Positions 11,765 to 26,125 of a stretch of DNA of 64,000 bases are shown here, in pieces. The notes below the pieces were generated by a model. The model saw only the letters and a program-made list of their open reading frames with translations, ran no database searches and was not told the origin of the DNA. Position numbers and translations under genes: made by a program. The DNA comes from Octopus vulgaris. Taxonomy: Eukaryota. Within the stretch, counting starts at the first letter, position 1. Every line of letters starts with the position of its first letter. The stretch covers positions 20,460,001 through 20,524,000 of the forward strand of contig OX597837.1 in the NCBI GenBank assembly GCA_951406725.2. Reading direction: 5' to 3'.

Positions 11765-12030
11765 GTGAAGGCATGAGGTTTGGTGGTTAGGGTGTAGCAC
11801 TTGTGATCATAAGATTCTGGTTTCAATTCCTGGGCTCAGCATTGTGTTGTGTTCTTGAGCAAAACACTTCATTTCACGTAGCCTTGTGATCATTTCAACA
11901 TCTGACACATGGCACATCATGTACCTGTACAGGTAACATCGATTTAATGGAGAGTGAAGGCTCAGGTGCAGCACAAAGATTTGAATACCATAAACAAATC
12001 ACCTGTGCAGGTCTTTCAACAGAAAGTTGT
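11765..12030 (+). mobile_element. tRNA-derived SINE, family C head with alternative tail
   Basis: GTGAAGGCATGAGGTTTGGTGGTTAGG..TTCAATTCC..TTGAGCAAAACACTTCATTTCACG. The same head recurs with other tails at 32345-32630, 33345-33620, 39805-40110 and 46375-46520. Confidence 0.7.
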
Positions 12031-12119
12031 GGAACCCTACCTGTCACCTGTGACAGAAGACTCCAGAAAAAAAAATGTAAAGCATAAAAATACCACCTCA
12101 TTGAAGTATTATCACATTT

Positions 12120-12455
12120 CTTCTGCCTTTAGTCGAGCAAATCGACACCAGGACTTATTCTTTGTAAGCCCAGTACTTATTCTATCGGTCTTTTGCTGAA
12201 CCGCTAAGTGACAGGGACGTAAACACACCAGCATTGGCTGTCAAGCGATGTTGAGGGGACCAAACACAGACACACATATATATATATATATATCACGGGC
12301 TTCTTTCAGTTTCCATCTACCAAATCCACTCACAAGGCTTTGGTTGGCCTGAGGCTACAGTAGAAGACACTCGCCCAAAGTGCCACGCAGTGGGACTGAA
12401 CCCGGAACCAGCTGGTTGGTAAGCAAGCTACTTACTACACAGCCACACCTGTGCC
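12120..12455 (-). mobile_element. SINE family A
   Basis: Reverse complement of the 8073 consensus through the head. Confidence 0.9.
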
Positions 12456-12489
12456 TATATATATATATATAATATATATATATATTATG

Positions 12490-12615
12490 ATATGTAGAAA
12501 AATACAAACTGTGACAAGAACGTATAACTCTAAGAAGACGATACAACAAACACAGACAGGACATTCGAAGCCCTCAGTCTTCAGTCAAGAACCGGATCAT
12601 CGTAGTAATTTCGGC

Positions 12616-12616
<1 letters not shown>
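12490..12616 (-). mobile_element. Short TA-embedded element, possible Penelope pLTR fragment
   Basis: (TA)n on both sides. The minus strand carries GCCGAAA and, about 25 nt later, CTGAAGA. Similar layout at 42670-42840. Confidence 0.4.
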
Positions 12617-12646
<30 letters not shown>

Positions 12647-12694
12647 AACATATATACATACATATGTGGGTGTGTGTATATCATATGTACATAT

Positions 12695-12737
<43 letters not shown>

Positions 12738-13189
12738 ACACACAGACACACATGCACAAAGAGTCCAGGCCAGCATGGGAAGCAGACATAAATTGTTGAT
12801 GATGATGATATATAAATAACATACATATAATATAGAAATTCATTAAAGTTTTAAGTAGGCTTCATTGCATTAGAAAATTATGATTTAAAAACAAGACAGC
12901 CAACAATATGAGGAGACAGCAAAGGCAATATGTTGCAGCAAATTAAAATAGATCTTTAAAATATTAAAACATCTATTTATGGATTAATCAGATCAACTGA
13001 TACAGCAGACAATTGGTTTATCACACTGGCTTCTTCTTCTTCTTCTTCTACTCTCTCCCTCTCTCTTTTATTTCGTGCCCCTTCACTCTCCCCTATCTCT
13101 CTCTCTCTCTCACTGTTCCCCCTATTTAGGAGCTATATTTACTCGCACAGGTTTTTCCAATGTGTGTGTGTGTGTGTTTGTATATTCAT

Positions 13190-13363
13190 GTGTGTGTATA
13201 TGTATTTATATGTATAAATCTATGTGCATACATAATACATATATATATGTATTTATACACACATGCATGCACACACATATATATATAAACATATACACAC
13301 ATTATATATACATATATATACATATATATACATATATACATATATATACATATATACATATAT

Positions 13364-13394
<31 letters not shown>

Positions 13395-13529
13395 TACATA
13401 TATACATATATATACATATATACATATATACATATATATACATATATACATATATATACATAAATACATATACATATATATACATATATACACATAAATA
13501 CATATACATACATAAATACATATACATAC

Positions 13530-13572
<43 letters not shown>

Positions 13573-13701
13573 TATATATATATATATATGCATATTATAT
13601 ATGCATATAAACAGACACAGGAAAATTCATTTTTTCTAAATCTTTCCTCTATCTTTCATTCTAACCAAGAAAACACATGAACACACAAACACACCAGATT
13701 T

Positions 13702-13758
<57 letters not shown>

Positions 13759-13800
13759 GCGCGCACACATACATGCACACGCACATATATATAGACATAT
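13190..13800. repeat. Compound (TA)n/(TACA)n microsatellite
   Basis: Direct reading; it produces the YIYI ORFs. Confidence 0.95.
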
Positions 13801-14459
13801 ATATATATATATATACATATACACACAACATACGTCCAATTTAAACATTGCCAGCTAATTTCTAATGCAACCGAATTGAAGATGGAGGAAAGACAAAAAG
13901 CAAAACAGGAAAAAAGAAAAAAGTAAAACAAAAAGAAGAAAGAAGGGAAAAATCTTGTTCCAAGTCTTTATTCCGATATTTTTAACCAATTTATATTCAT
14001 CGTAAGTCAGTTTGAAGATTCTATACGATATCGCAGACATGGCTGTTTTATTTCCACATCATTGTAATATATTCTCATGTGTTTAAAACTCTAAATACGC
14101 AAACAACCATGGAAGACGCAATGAACAATAATGATGAGGATGGCATTGATGATGATGACCATAATAATAATAACAACAACAAAGGTGGTGTTAATAATAA
14201 TGGTGATGGTGATGATGATGATGTTTACAACAATAATCATAGTCACTCATGATGATTTTGACATAAGAGAGTTTGAAGAAAAGGATTAAAGACAAAAAAT
14301 AAAATTTAAAAAAGAAGTTGGATCAATTTGCAATGGATGCATGAATGTAGCTGTGAGTCCAGGTATGGGCTTTGCAATTAAGTCACAAAGGTAACAAGGA
14401 GGATTTTGATTGGGATTGGACAAATGTAGTAAACAGCATATAATATCATGATAATGATG

Positions 14460-14880
14460 ATTGAGAGCCTCTTCGGTCATGACTGACCATGGGATTGCAC
14501 CAAGAAAGTTACCCTCCCAGACACAAGTCTATTTATTTAGTTGTTTATGGAAGACCAGCAGTCGCCCATGCATACAGGCCTGCTCTTTGCACGCCACCAG
14601 TGTTATCCAAAGGAAAGGCAAAGGTCGATATAGCTTGGCACCAGTAACATCACAACTCATTTCTACAGCTGAGTGAACTGGAGCAACAAGAATACAACAC
14701 ACTCAAGAACACAACACGCAGCCTGGTCTGGGATTTGAACTTCCAACATGACTGGTACTTTATTTTATTGACCCCCACAAAAATGAAAGGCAAAGTCAAC
14801 TTGTGCAGAATTTTAACTCAGAACACAAAGATGGACAAAATGCCGCTAAGCATTTGGTCTGGTTTCCTAACAATCCTGTC
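14460..14880 (-). mobile_element. SINE C fragment abutting a SINE B fragment
   Basis: Family C body reverse complement at 14460-14735 and family B core reverse complement at 14750-14880. Confidence 0.8.
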
Positions 14881-15255
14881 AATAATGAAGATGAGGATGT
14901 TTACAACAACAACAGCAACAATAATGATAATAATAATGGTGATGATGATGAGCATGGCAATAATAACTGTTTCTAATTTTTAAATAATAATTATTTTTTA
15001 ATAAGAACAATTATAACAGAAAGAGAGCAAAAGAGAGGGAGAGAGAGAGTGAGAGAGGAGAGAAAGGAGAAAGAGAGAGAGATGGTGGTAGACTCCTGGG
15101 ATGAGGTTCAACCCATGTGTAATCACATTCCCTCCATATGCAAAAATAAGGGAATTAGTAGTTTAAAATATATGAATGACATTAAGAAATAATAAATTTT
15201 TAAAAAAATAACTTCTTACATAGGCACAATGTGTGTGTGTGTGTTTGTGTGTGTG

Positions 15256-15292
<37 letters not shown>

Positions 15293-15628
15293 AGTGTCTG
15301 TACACGTGCACATATGCACACAGTTAAAGTGGAAGAATGTAAAACAGAGGAAAAGAAATAGGTAAAAATAGGGGAGGACAAAGAGGGAGAAGGGAAGAGG
15401 GAGAGAAAGAAGAGGAGGCGGAGTAGGAGGAGGAAGTGGAAGAGGAGGACAGAAGTAAAAAGACTGAAAACACAAGAAATTTTTAAAAGCTGTAGAAGCT
15501 TGAACCAAAGATAAAAAAGAAAAAGAGAGAGAGAGAGAGAGAGAGTAGTGAGTGGCAGCAACAGAGATATATAGAAAAGGGTATATACATGTGTGTGGAT
15601 GTGTGTGTGTATATATAGAGAGAGAGAG

Positions 15629-16500
<872 letters not shown>

Positions 16501-16915
16501 TTAGTTTTAAAAATACATGCATATAAACTAGCTTTTATATATTTTTATCCTCTATTCATATTTCCTACTCCAATTCATTTAATTTTTGAAGTTACAATAT
16601 TACAACCATATATTTGATTCTCTTGTCTTTCATTCTCTCGTTTGTATATCTTTCCATCAAACTTTTTAGCCATTAATCTACATAAGAAGATATTCTATTC
16701 TATTTCATCTGCTCAGATTTATTCAAACTTTTCCAGTCTTCTTCCTTCTCTTGTCTTTCTTCTTTACAATTCTCAACATACTGGATGGATTCCTTGCAAA
16801 TGCATGGCCTTTTCTGCTCTCCTTGATGTTGTAAACACCAAAGAGCTCGCAGCAAGGTGGCTGCAGTTTTCAGTCAGTTTTGTATTTGATAGAACCAAAA
16901 GGGGAAAAAAAAATC

Positions 16916-16961
<46 letters not shown>

Positions 16962-17047
16962 TAATACAAATGTTGAAGAAAATGAAGGATGTTTGTGCGT
17001 GTGTGTAGGTATACATACATACATACATACAGACTGATTATACACAT

Positions 17048-17091
<44 letters not shown>

Positions 17092-17561
17092 AACACATAT
17101 TCATACAGCCAGACATTAAAGATAAAACAATTGAAATATAGAAATATAAAATTAAATAGAAGAAGAAGAAGAAGAAGAAGAAGAAGAAGAAGAAGAAGAA
17201 GAAGAAGGAGGAGGAGGAGGAGGGGGAATATATATTTTTTAAAAAATTGTTTGAAATATCTTTTTAAACAAAACCTACATTAACAGTAGTTAATGATGCT
17301 GATACTACTACTACTACTACTACTACTGCTAATAATAATAATAATAATAACAACAACAACAACAAGGACAACGATACTAATAATAATCCGAATAATCTGC
17401 AGAGAATAATTTCAAAAGATAATTGAAATTAAAAAGAAACCACAAAGAATGGTTTTGATCTTCTTTATGTTCTCCTCCTCTTCTTTTTCACTCTGCTGTC
17501 TCTTTGAAGGCTAATTTTGTGTGTGTGTGTGTGTGTGAGTATTGGCACATATTGATGTCAA

Positions 17562-17596
<35 letters not shown>

Positions 17597-18101
17597 CACA
17601 CATGCAAAGAGAGAGGGAAATGCATACATGCAAGCACACATATACATACATGTTTGTATGTATGTGTACGTGTATATACACATATAGACACAAACACATA
17701 TATGTACACATATTCTCATAGCCTAGCAAAAAGCCAGCTCCCTTTCAATTGTAGCCCCACCCAGTTGAAAGGGATCATCGTCTTGTGAGGTTCATAGCAA
17801 CCTCACTAGTGCCGGTACCATGAAAAAAAGCACTCAGTACCCTTTGCAAAGTGGTTGGCATTAGAAAGGTCAGAATGGAGTGTTTCTTGAAGAGTTCATT
17901 CCCTTACCAGCAGGATGTTTTTCATTTCATTTCTGAGCACTTGTTTGATGTACTTAATTTGACTAATATTATTCACCAGGTGCACTCCAAATGATATCAT
18001 ATGGTACTCAAAGGTGTTTTGTACTGATCTAAAAACCTCTTCCTCACACTTTCCTTCTGATACCAAGACCTGCCAATATCACTGTTTCGATAAAAGTTTA
18101 A

Positions 18102-18304
18102 CCCTTTAGCATTTAAACTAGCCATATCCAACCCAAATATTCCATCTGCTGGTCAGGTCTGGCCTCTAACACCTATCCCAGAAAGTCATTCTAAAAACAA
18201 ACACTCAGATCACTGAAATTCCAAGGCTACAAGATAATGCATGATTAATTCAAAATGTGAATGAACTAACATAACATAGGACAGAGTAATCTGAGAGTTA
18301 AAGG
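18102..18304 (+). mobile_element. piggyBac-type MITE (TTAA target)
   Basis: TTAA|CCCTTTAGCATT...GTTAAAGG|TTAA. Other copies at 18983-19204 (inverted), 29793-30015, 47648-47851, and 58862-59412 (split by a SINE). Confidence 0.8.
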
Positions 18305-18639
18305 TTAATGTTGATAGCAGGATTTTGTAGGTTTTAGCAGGATCTTCTGGGCTTAACTATCTATGAGTTAGACAGTCAAGTATCCCAAATGCTGGTAGCA
18401 GCTTGGAAACTTCAAATGGGATACTGTCTTGTTGTAAGAAGAAAGCTCTGCTCGCTATATCTTTTCAAGCCCAGTATAATATTGTTTGGCTACTCTATCA
18501 CATTTCACAGTACCTTTATATGATAAATTTTCATCAATACTTAGGTATTTGTAGAACTCATTTTGTGGCACAGAGACACTGTTGATGTTAAGATTTTGGG
18601 GTTTGGCGATCGGGTTTTCCATATTCAACAGTGACACAT

Positions 18640-19678
18640 GTATCGCAAACTGATGACCAAGTTATGAGAGTAAGAGATAAAGCCATAGCACAGCTCATCA
18701 AGAAAACAATTAATTAGCATCAATGAGATGCAGTTGAGGTTTGTTCCTGGTCCAAGTGTGAACAGCTGCTCTCTTCATAAAGAAGCAGAAGCAAGAAATG
18801 TTCCAAACCAGAGTAAGACTCGCTCACCAGAATTTGTTGATCTGGAGAATGCTTTTGACAGAGTACCACAATGCATAGAATGGTGGTCACTAAGAAACCT
18901 AGAAGTTGATAAAAGGCCAGTGATAGTTCTACAAGTTACAAGCAAAAGTGTAGTCAGTAAAGTATTAATCACTGATGATTTGACCCTTGAGTGTTCACAT
19001 TATTCTACCAAAATTAATGCTTTTTCATCCACATTGTTTTGAACTAATCATGCATTATCTTGTAGCTACGAGATTTTGATGAGGTAGCTGTTAATTTTTA
19101 AAACGATATTGTAGGGTTGGTGTGAGAGACTAGATCTGGCCAGTTTGAACATAAAACAGGCAGAATATTTTTGGCCGGATATGGCCAGTTTAAATGCTAA
19201 AGGGTTAATGCATGAAAGAAGGGGTCCACCAAGGTTCAGTATTCAGTCCCCTCCTACTTCATTATGGTCCTACAGATCACAAAGGGATTTGAGACCCACC
19301 TATCCATGTGGAGTACCATACATTGAAGATAAAGCTTGTATAGCTGAACCGAATAATAGAATTAAAGAAGAAATTCTCAGCGTGGAAATATAACTTAGGA
19401 TCGTGGTACCACCAGGGAAATGGTATCATTTGATATGCAGTAAAGGAGGAGGTCGGAACTCTACATGTTACACCTAATGTAAGCTATGGAAGCAGAAGAG
19501 ACGCAGTGGAATTACAAGCAGGCTGACAGAGGAAACAGAAACAGAGGAAGCAGGCTTTGTATGTGCCAGACGCATCGGAGCAGTAAGCACTAAGAGCAGG
19601 TCAAAAATAGATTCTCTTAAATGTCCAGCTGGCTCATGAGAAGTGGTTGATAGCTTCCGTTACCTTGACAACATAATT
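18640..19678 (+). pseudogene. Second decayed RTE LINE (RT region), interrupted by a piggyBac-type MITE
   Basis: INEMQLRFVPG..FVDLENAFDRVP..WWSLRNLEV (18720-18910), GVHQGSVFSPLL near 19222, GKW..IC.KG.G.NS..C.LW finger near 19415-19530, and VVDSFRYL near 19643. Confidence 0.85.
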
Positions 19679-19945
19679 ATTTATATGCATGTACACATGT
19701 GCATATAAATGTTTATATATATATATACTATGTACTTTTAAAATTCTCATTACATCCTTCTATATATTATATAACATGTCTTCACTCCTGCCATATATTT
19801 ATAAGCATGGCTTTCACACTTCAAGTCATCTTTTATTTCTTTATAACTCCTCATGAAAGTTTTGTATTTCTTTATATCTCACTGAGCCCTTTAAGCTAAT
19901 AAAGAAAAGGCCGCCGTCATCATTGTTGTTATTATTATTATTATT

Positions 19946-20990
19946 AAGGCGGTGAGCTGGTAGAATTATTATGTCAGGCAAAAAGCTAAGTGACATTTCT
20001 TCTGGCATTATGTTCTGAGTTCAAATTCCACCAAGGTCAACTTTGCCTTTCATTTTTTCAGGGCTGGTAAAATAAGTACCAGTTGAGCTCTGGAATCAAT
20101 GTAATCAACTAACGCTCTCTCCACAAAATTTCAGCATTATGATGATGATAATGATAATAATAATTATTATTATCAACATCATCATCATCATCATTATTAT
20201 CACTATTATTATTATTATCATTGTCATTATTTTTATTATTATTCATATACACTCAACAGATTAGACTGTTGGAAAAGGAAAAAAATTCTAACATTGGGCT
20301 ACAACAAGAGGCCTTAGATGCCAAGAATCCTCCAATCAGGTTACAGCAAGTAACCATAGATGCCAAGAACCCTCCTAACTATCCTAGCTGTCCCTAATAA
20401 ATGATTCTTATTATTATTAATAAATCATTATCATTGTTATTATTGTTGTCGTCGTTGTCGTTGTTATTATTATTATTATTATTATTATTGTTATTATTAT
20501 CATCATCATTATTATTATTATTCAGGCAGCACAAGGCGGCGAGCTGGCAGAATCGTTGGCACACCAAGCAAAATGCTTAGCAGCATTTCGTCCATCTTTA
20601 CAATCTGAGTTCAAATTCCACTGAGGTTGACTTAGCCTTTCATCCTTTCGGGGTCGATAAATTAAGTACCAATTGCATACTGGGGTCATTCTAATCGACT
20701 GGCTCTGCTCCCCTCCAAATTTCAGTCCTTGGGCCTAGAGTAGAAAGGATTATTAAAGCAGCAAGCTGACAGAATCCTAAATAAGCATGCCAGGCAGAAT
20801 ACTTGGTGGCATTTCATTGGTCTTCCTGTTCCGAGTTCCAATTCTGCCAAGGTTGACTATCTCTTTCAACCTTTTGAGGGCAATAAAATAGGAACAAGTT
20901 GAGCACTGGGGTTGATGTAATCAACTTATCCTCTCCCCCAAAATTGTTGGCCTTGTGCTAAAATTTAAAACCTTGCGCCTTCAGTAGAAA
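19946..20990 (+). mobile_element. Cluster of SINE B copies in (TAT)n tracts
   Basis: Heads at about 19947, 20534 and 20756, each with GAGTTC..AATTC and the TCATCCTTT..AAGTACCA core. Confidence 0.85.
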
Positions 20991-21875
20991 GGATTACTAT
21001 TATTATTATTATTAATATAATCACTGAACAAAATACCTTGAGAAAACATAGTTATAAATTCTACAAGTTCAAATTTTATAAGGTAACTACTACCTTTCAT
21101 TCTTTCTGGAAGTCAATTTAATATTCCTATAAAGCATCCAAGACACTAACACCACACTACAACATCACTGTAGTACACCACCACACACCATCGTGACCAT
21201 AACACCACCACCACCACTGCTCCTATCATATACACAACACATCAATAGCAACCATGCCATTAACTGACCAGCTCTCTAACAAGCTGAAGTGGCTAGTGAA
21301 ATGATGAAGTGGTCAGACAATTTCCTCTTGGTCACTACAAGGACAGAGGTCAGTTGTTCAATAATATGATTGGCTGCCAACTTCCTGGTCACAGGTTCAT
21401 CCCTCTAGCACCTCATAGTTGTCTTAATTAAACGTTGGCTATTGTGGGTTAAGTGTGGTGCACAGCGCTGTTGTGTGGTGCCAAGTTGGTTGAGTGTGGA
21501 GTAGCGTGGTACTCCATTGATACATAAATATGTTTATGTATGTGTACATGCTTGTGTGTGTGGGCGCCTGTGTATTTGTCTGGTAGTCTGTCTTTACATG
21601 TTTACTACAATCTATCTCTAGCATTTATGAATGCATCTTCTGTGAGTTCCTATCCATATATCAATCTGCCTCTCTCTCTCTCTCCCTCTCTTTCTCCCAC
21701 TCACTCACTCAGCATCTGTGGGTTGGTGGGTGTATACATAAACATATATATATTTAACAGGGTGATAATTTCGAAAGAAGATACACCCGGCCACTTAAAA
21801 TAAAGTACTCGCAGATAAGTGAATAAAATATTTAATCTACAACTGTTTTGTTGGACTAAAGATTATGGATTAATT

Positions 21876-22073
21876 ATCTTTTACTTGTTTCAGTCATTGG
21901 ACTGCAGCCATGCTAGGACGTTGCCTTGAAGGGTTCTGTTGAACACTTTAATGGAAAAGTACAAGTACTTATTCTATCGGTTTCTTTTGCTGAACTGCTA
22001 GGTTAATGCTAGGACATAAACAAACTAGTATCACTTGTCAAATGGTGGGAGACAAACACACACACACACGCAT

Positions 22074-22123
<50 letters not shown>

Positions 22124-22190
22124 GATGGGCTTCTTTCAGTTTCTGTCTACCAAATCCACTCACCAAGGGGCTACATTGGAAGACACGTGA
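21876..22190 (-). mobile_element. SINE family A
   Basis: TTTTACTTGTTTCAGTCATT tail reverse complement, through CTACCAAATCCACTCAC. Confidence 0.85.
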
Positions 22191-22210
22191 GTGCATGTGT
22201 GCACATGTAC

Positions 22211-22270
22211 GGTCACTGCTGAAGTAAAATGTTGTAGATCTAACAGTTTGCTCTATAGTTTTGAAAACCA
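22211..22270 (-). CDS. Candidate 60-nt exon (phase 1-1), product unknown
   Basis: Strong acceptor GTTTTTGTTTTTATTTCAG|. Only one frame is open (VFKTIEQTVRSTTFYFSSD). The donor GTACAT is weak. Confidence 0.25.
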
Positions 22271-22470
22271 CTGAAATAAAAACAAAAACCTTTGGTTGAA
22301 AAACAAAGTACAGGTTGGTGACAGGAAGAGCATCCAGTTGTCAACTACTTTTTCAGGTAACTCCCCATCAAACTATTGACCCCATGTCAGGAGAGAATAA
22401 AAACTAACACTAAACAAATGAACAAACAATACATACAAGCACACACACACACACATCAGACACAGATATT

Positions 22471-22511
<41 letters not shown>

Positions 22512-22515
<4 letters not shown>

Positions 22516-22830
22516 CATTTTTTAATACGGAGTGAATAATTCACAAGAAAAAATAATTCACAAAAAAATAATTTATGAAGATATCATTAACTCTGTTATT
22601 ATCTAATGTAACAAATTAAAAATGATAATAACAGAATCAATAATATAGGTGATTGCAGGCCCCAAAGAAGCATTAAATAGCTGAAGGATTAAAATTAAAT
22701 CAAAGGACATAATAAGTATGTCTACCTGCTGGAAATAACAGTCAAAACTCTTATTAAGAATTTTGACTTAATTCCAGCAGGTAGACATACTTAGTAGGTC
22801 TTTTGATTAATTTTATATAATTTTTTATTT
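22512..22830 (-). mobile_element. TA-adjacent fold-back element with degenerate hammerhead scaffold
   Basis: Palindrome at 22690-22815 centred near 22754. The minus strand then reads CACCTATATTA-TTGATTCTGTTATTATC..GATAATAACAGAGTTAA-TGATA, a long stem-II-like hairpin with decayed cores. Confidence 0.6.
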
Positions 22831-23197
22831 GTTTATTTGTGAAGGGCTTAGCTGAACAAACTGACCCCAGTACTGGTTCCTTTTACCAAACCACTATGTT
22901 ACAGGGACGATAAACAAACCAACACTGGTTGTCAAGTAGTGGTGGGAGACAAAGACAAACCCACATACACACACACACGCACATGACAGTTTCCTTTTAT
23001 CCAAATACACTTATAAGGTTTTGGTCAGTCCAAGGCTTCTAGTAGAAGACAAATGCCCAAAGTGTTATGCAGTGGGATTGAAACCAAAACGCACGGTTAC
23101 AGCACAAGCTTCTCAATCATACACCCAACCTGTATCTATCTGTCTACCACCCCTCTCTCTCTCTCTCTCTGTATACACACACACATATATATATATA

Positions 23198-23328
23198 CAG
23201 GGTGTCCCCAAAAAATGTATACACACCTTAAATAATTGTAAATTTGTTATTCTTTGTAAGCCTAGTACTTATTCTATCGTTCTCTTTTGCCGAACCACTA
23301 TGTGTATACATTTTTTGGGGACACCCTG
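23198..23328. mobile_element. Tc1/mariner-type MITE with perfect 28-bp TIRs
   Basis: TA|CAGGGTGTCCCCAAAAAATGTATACACA ... TGTGTATACATTTTTTGGGGACACCCTG|TA. Confidence 0.9.
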
Positions 23329-23369
<41 letters not shown>

Positions 23370-23414
23370 ACACACAGAGATAGATACATACACACATACA
23401 CACACACACGTGTA

Positions 23415-23462
<48 letters not shown>

Positions 23463-24100
23463 CATAAACTGAACAACATCAAAGAGCATATTCAACATGC
23501 AGGGATGTGGTTGTCAGCTGGGGCTGAACCAAATAAATAATGATGTGATGTGTTAAGTTGCACACAATATAGATTTTATTGAATAGCTGCTGAGATACAA
23601 GTAAGTATATACAAGAGGGAAAGTAACACAGACTCCCACCTTCTCTTTCAAACACACACACAAACACGTGTGCATGTGTGTGTGTGTGTGTGTACATATA
23701 TAATTGGATTAAATTTACAGTTCATTAACCGAAGATTAAACAGCTATGATACATATTTCCATCTGTAAACAAAGCGAGGTGTGCTATTATGAAGACTACA
23801 CATTCTAGAAAGTATAAACATATGCACACACACACACACACACACACGCACACACACAGTGGGGCTTGAAATTACAGCTCTGTTCTAAACTTTGGTGAAA
23901 TAACCATCATCATCATCGGGCAGTTTAGCTTAATGGCGAAGTACTCAGCCGGTCTCTGAGAGATGCAGGTTTGTGTCCCATGGCTGTTTCTCGACAACTT
24001 TTTCCAAGAGTAATATCACCCAAATTTTCTGCTATTTTCATGGCAATACTGCATTCAAAATATTACTTTCTTGTCTGTATAATACACACACACACAGACA

Positions 24101-24164
<64 letters not shown>

Positions 24165-24897
24165 AAACAGTCAAATTGTCTCAAGTTACACATTTGTTGC
24201 TTCGGAAAGGGAAGGACACATGAATAAATTTAGTGTTAGAATGTATAAAAAGACAGGATGGTCATGGATGGCAGGAACACTTCTGCCAGGTGTCTGCTCA
24301 GTCAGTGTAATCATATGTTGATTGCTTTTATGCATGGCTCTGTTCAACAATGCAAAACATAAAGGCCCAGTGAATGAGGCACTAGCCATTGGGATCAGAC
24401 ATAAATGCTGCCAGGAATATAACATGCTGTCTTTTATCGTTGCAGCAGGAAAGGCTGTCGTCATCGTCATCGTCATTGTCATTGTCATCACCATCTAACA
24501 TCCTCTTTTCCATGCTTACACGACTCAGACGGAATTTGTTGTAGCAAAATTCCTTCAGCTGGATGCCCTTCCTGTCACCAACACTCAGCTGCTTCCATGG
24601 CCAAACATGTTTTCATGGTAGACTGGTAACTTAAGATATGGCTGACATGATGGTGATATCTGTTTTAGATCTATTACACAAAGTCAAAGTGAGGAGACAG
24701 CAACTGATACAGACACACTCACACACAAATGTCTTTGACTATAAGCCTCAGTCAAACCAATGTCTTGTGAGTGAAACTGGTAGAGAGAAACTGTAAGAAG
24801 TCCATCACACCATCATGTACCTAACCATGTGATTTCAGATTCAGTCCCACTACATAGCAATTTAGGCATCTCATATGTGTGTGTGTGTGTACAAGTC

Positions 24898-24929
<32 letters not shown>

Positions 24930-24984
24930 AACATATATATGTATGTATGTATTTATGTATATATCCACATTTCAGAAAGACTCT

Positions 24985-25160
24985 TGTCACTTATTCAAAA
25001 TAGCAGTCAAATCTCCCACAAATCACACCCTACAATTAAAACAAAGAAAGAAAAAAAAATGAAACATTCAACATGCACAAAGGCAGGATGGTCATATTTA
25101 GAATGTCTTTGATCATAGGTGTGCCTGATCAATCAAGGCTAACTTTGGAATAAATAACAA
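24985..25160 (+). mobile_element. Dispersed repeat family D (GAAA-hairpin head, (AAC)n tail)
   Basis: AAATAGCAGTCAAATCTCCCACAAATCACACC..GGATGGTCAT..TTTGATCATAGG..AATAACAAC. Copies at 28160-28355, 40775-40945, 59845-60065 and 62735-62930 (+), and at 46640-46700, 47090-47300, 47860-48282 and 60970-61330 (-). Confidence 0.75.
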
Positions 25161-25621
25161 CACCATAAAGCATTTTGACTGCTGTGTCCGCTACCATGAA
25201 ATCGGTTAATCCTTCACTTTGCACACGTATCATATATTTATATCCCCACCATATATATATATATATATATGCACATGCAGACATACACAGACACAACAAC
25301 AACAACACACACAGATACACACACTTCTTATGAGAGGTCACAGTATCATTGACACAATTACAATTACTCATTAATACAATTAACTTCCAATTAATTAATG
25401 TCCTAGATGAGAATGTCACTGAACTAATGTTTTATTTATTATGTGTACGTCCACACGTACTTAAACCATACGTCTGTGTGTGTGTGTGTGTGTGTGCGTG
25501 TGTGTGTGTGTGTGTGTGTGCATGTACATTGATAGCATAGCTATCAGTAGGTTTTAAAATGTCTTTTAACATTTTCAAGTTTTCATGTTTTTACAGATTT
25601 TGTTTGCATGTGTGTGAGTGC

Positions 25622-25656
<35 letters not shown>

Positions 25657-26125
25657 GGCCAAACCAAATAAAATTTTGAAAGCATTAGACACATTTGGTT
25701 AAGTGAGCAGTTCAGCACATTTGGCTAATCAAATGTGTCTGAACTGCTAGCATCCCACCATCAGCATATAACAGGGAGTGAAAATGAAATGTAAATCTGA
25801 TATCTTTTGAAGCATGTTACATCACCTGATGAAACTCTTTTGCATTGTGCGTTGCATCTGATGTCATTATATTGTCTCACACCCATTAGGGAGCTGTGCA
25901 GAATGAATCCGAAACGGTTGTTGTGCTAATAAAGCTACTAGTCACACACCACCATCTCTATTAATCATTTAAAATATACCCTGGGTAAATAAGCTAACGA
26001 TAAAGTGGCAAAATTGTGTTGATAATTTAGGTGCAAACTTTGATTAACTGCATTGCTTTTTGTTGAGATAAAGTGAAATAAACTTTCAGTTCAAAATTGG
26101 ACATTTCATTCTTAACGACCTAATA
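25657..26125 (+). mobile_element. TA-embedded Penelope-pLTR-like element
   Basis: (TA)n flanks, short 5' inverted repeats (25685-25748), hammerhead motif, and AATAAA at 25928. Confidence 0.65.
25823..25925 (+). ncRNA. Type I hammerhead ribozyme motif with extended stem II
   Basis: CAC-CTGATGA (25826) ... TTTTGCAT/GTGCAGAA stem ... C-GAAA (25911)-C-GGTT-GTT/GTG. Both core strands are intact but the base of stem II is mispaired. Confidence 0.6.

Noticed and set aside
12575-12616. Type II hammerhead reading of GAAA...CTGAAGA on the minus strand
   Set aside because: Stems I and III are not convincing and the cleavage position would be G. Kept only as a possible fragment.
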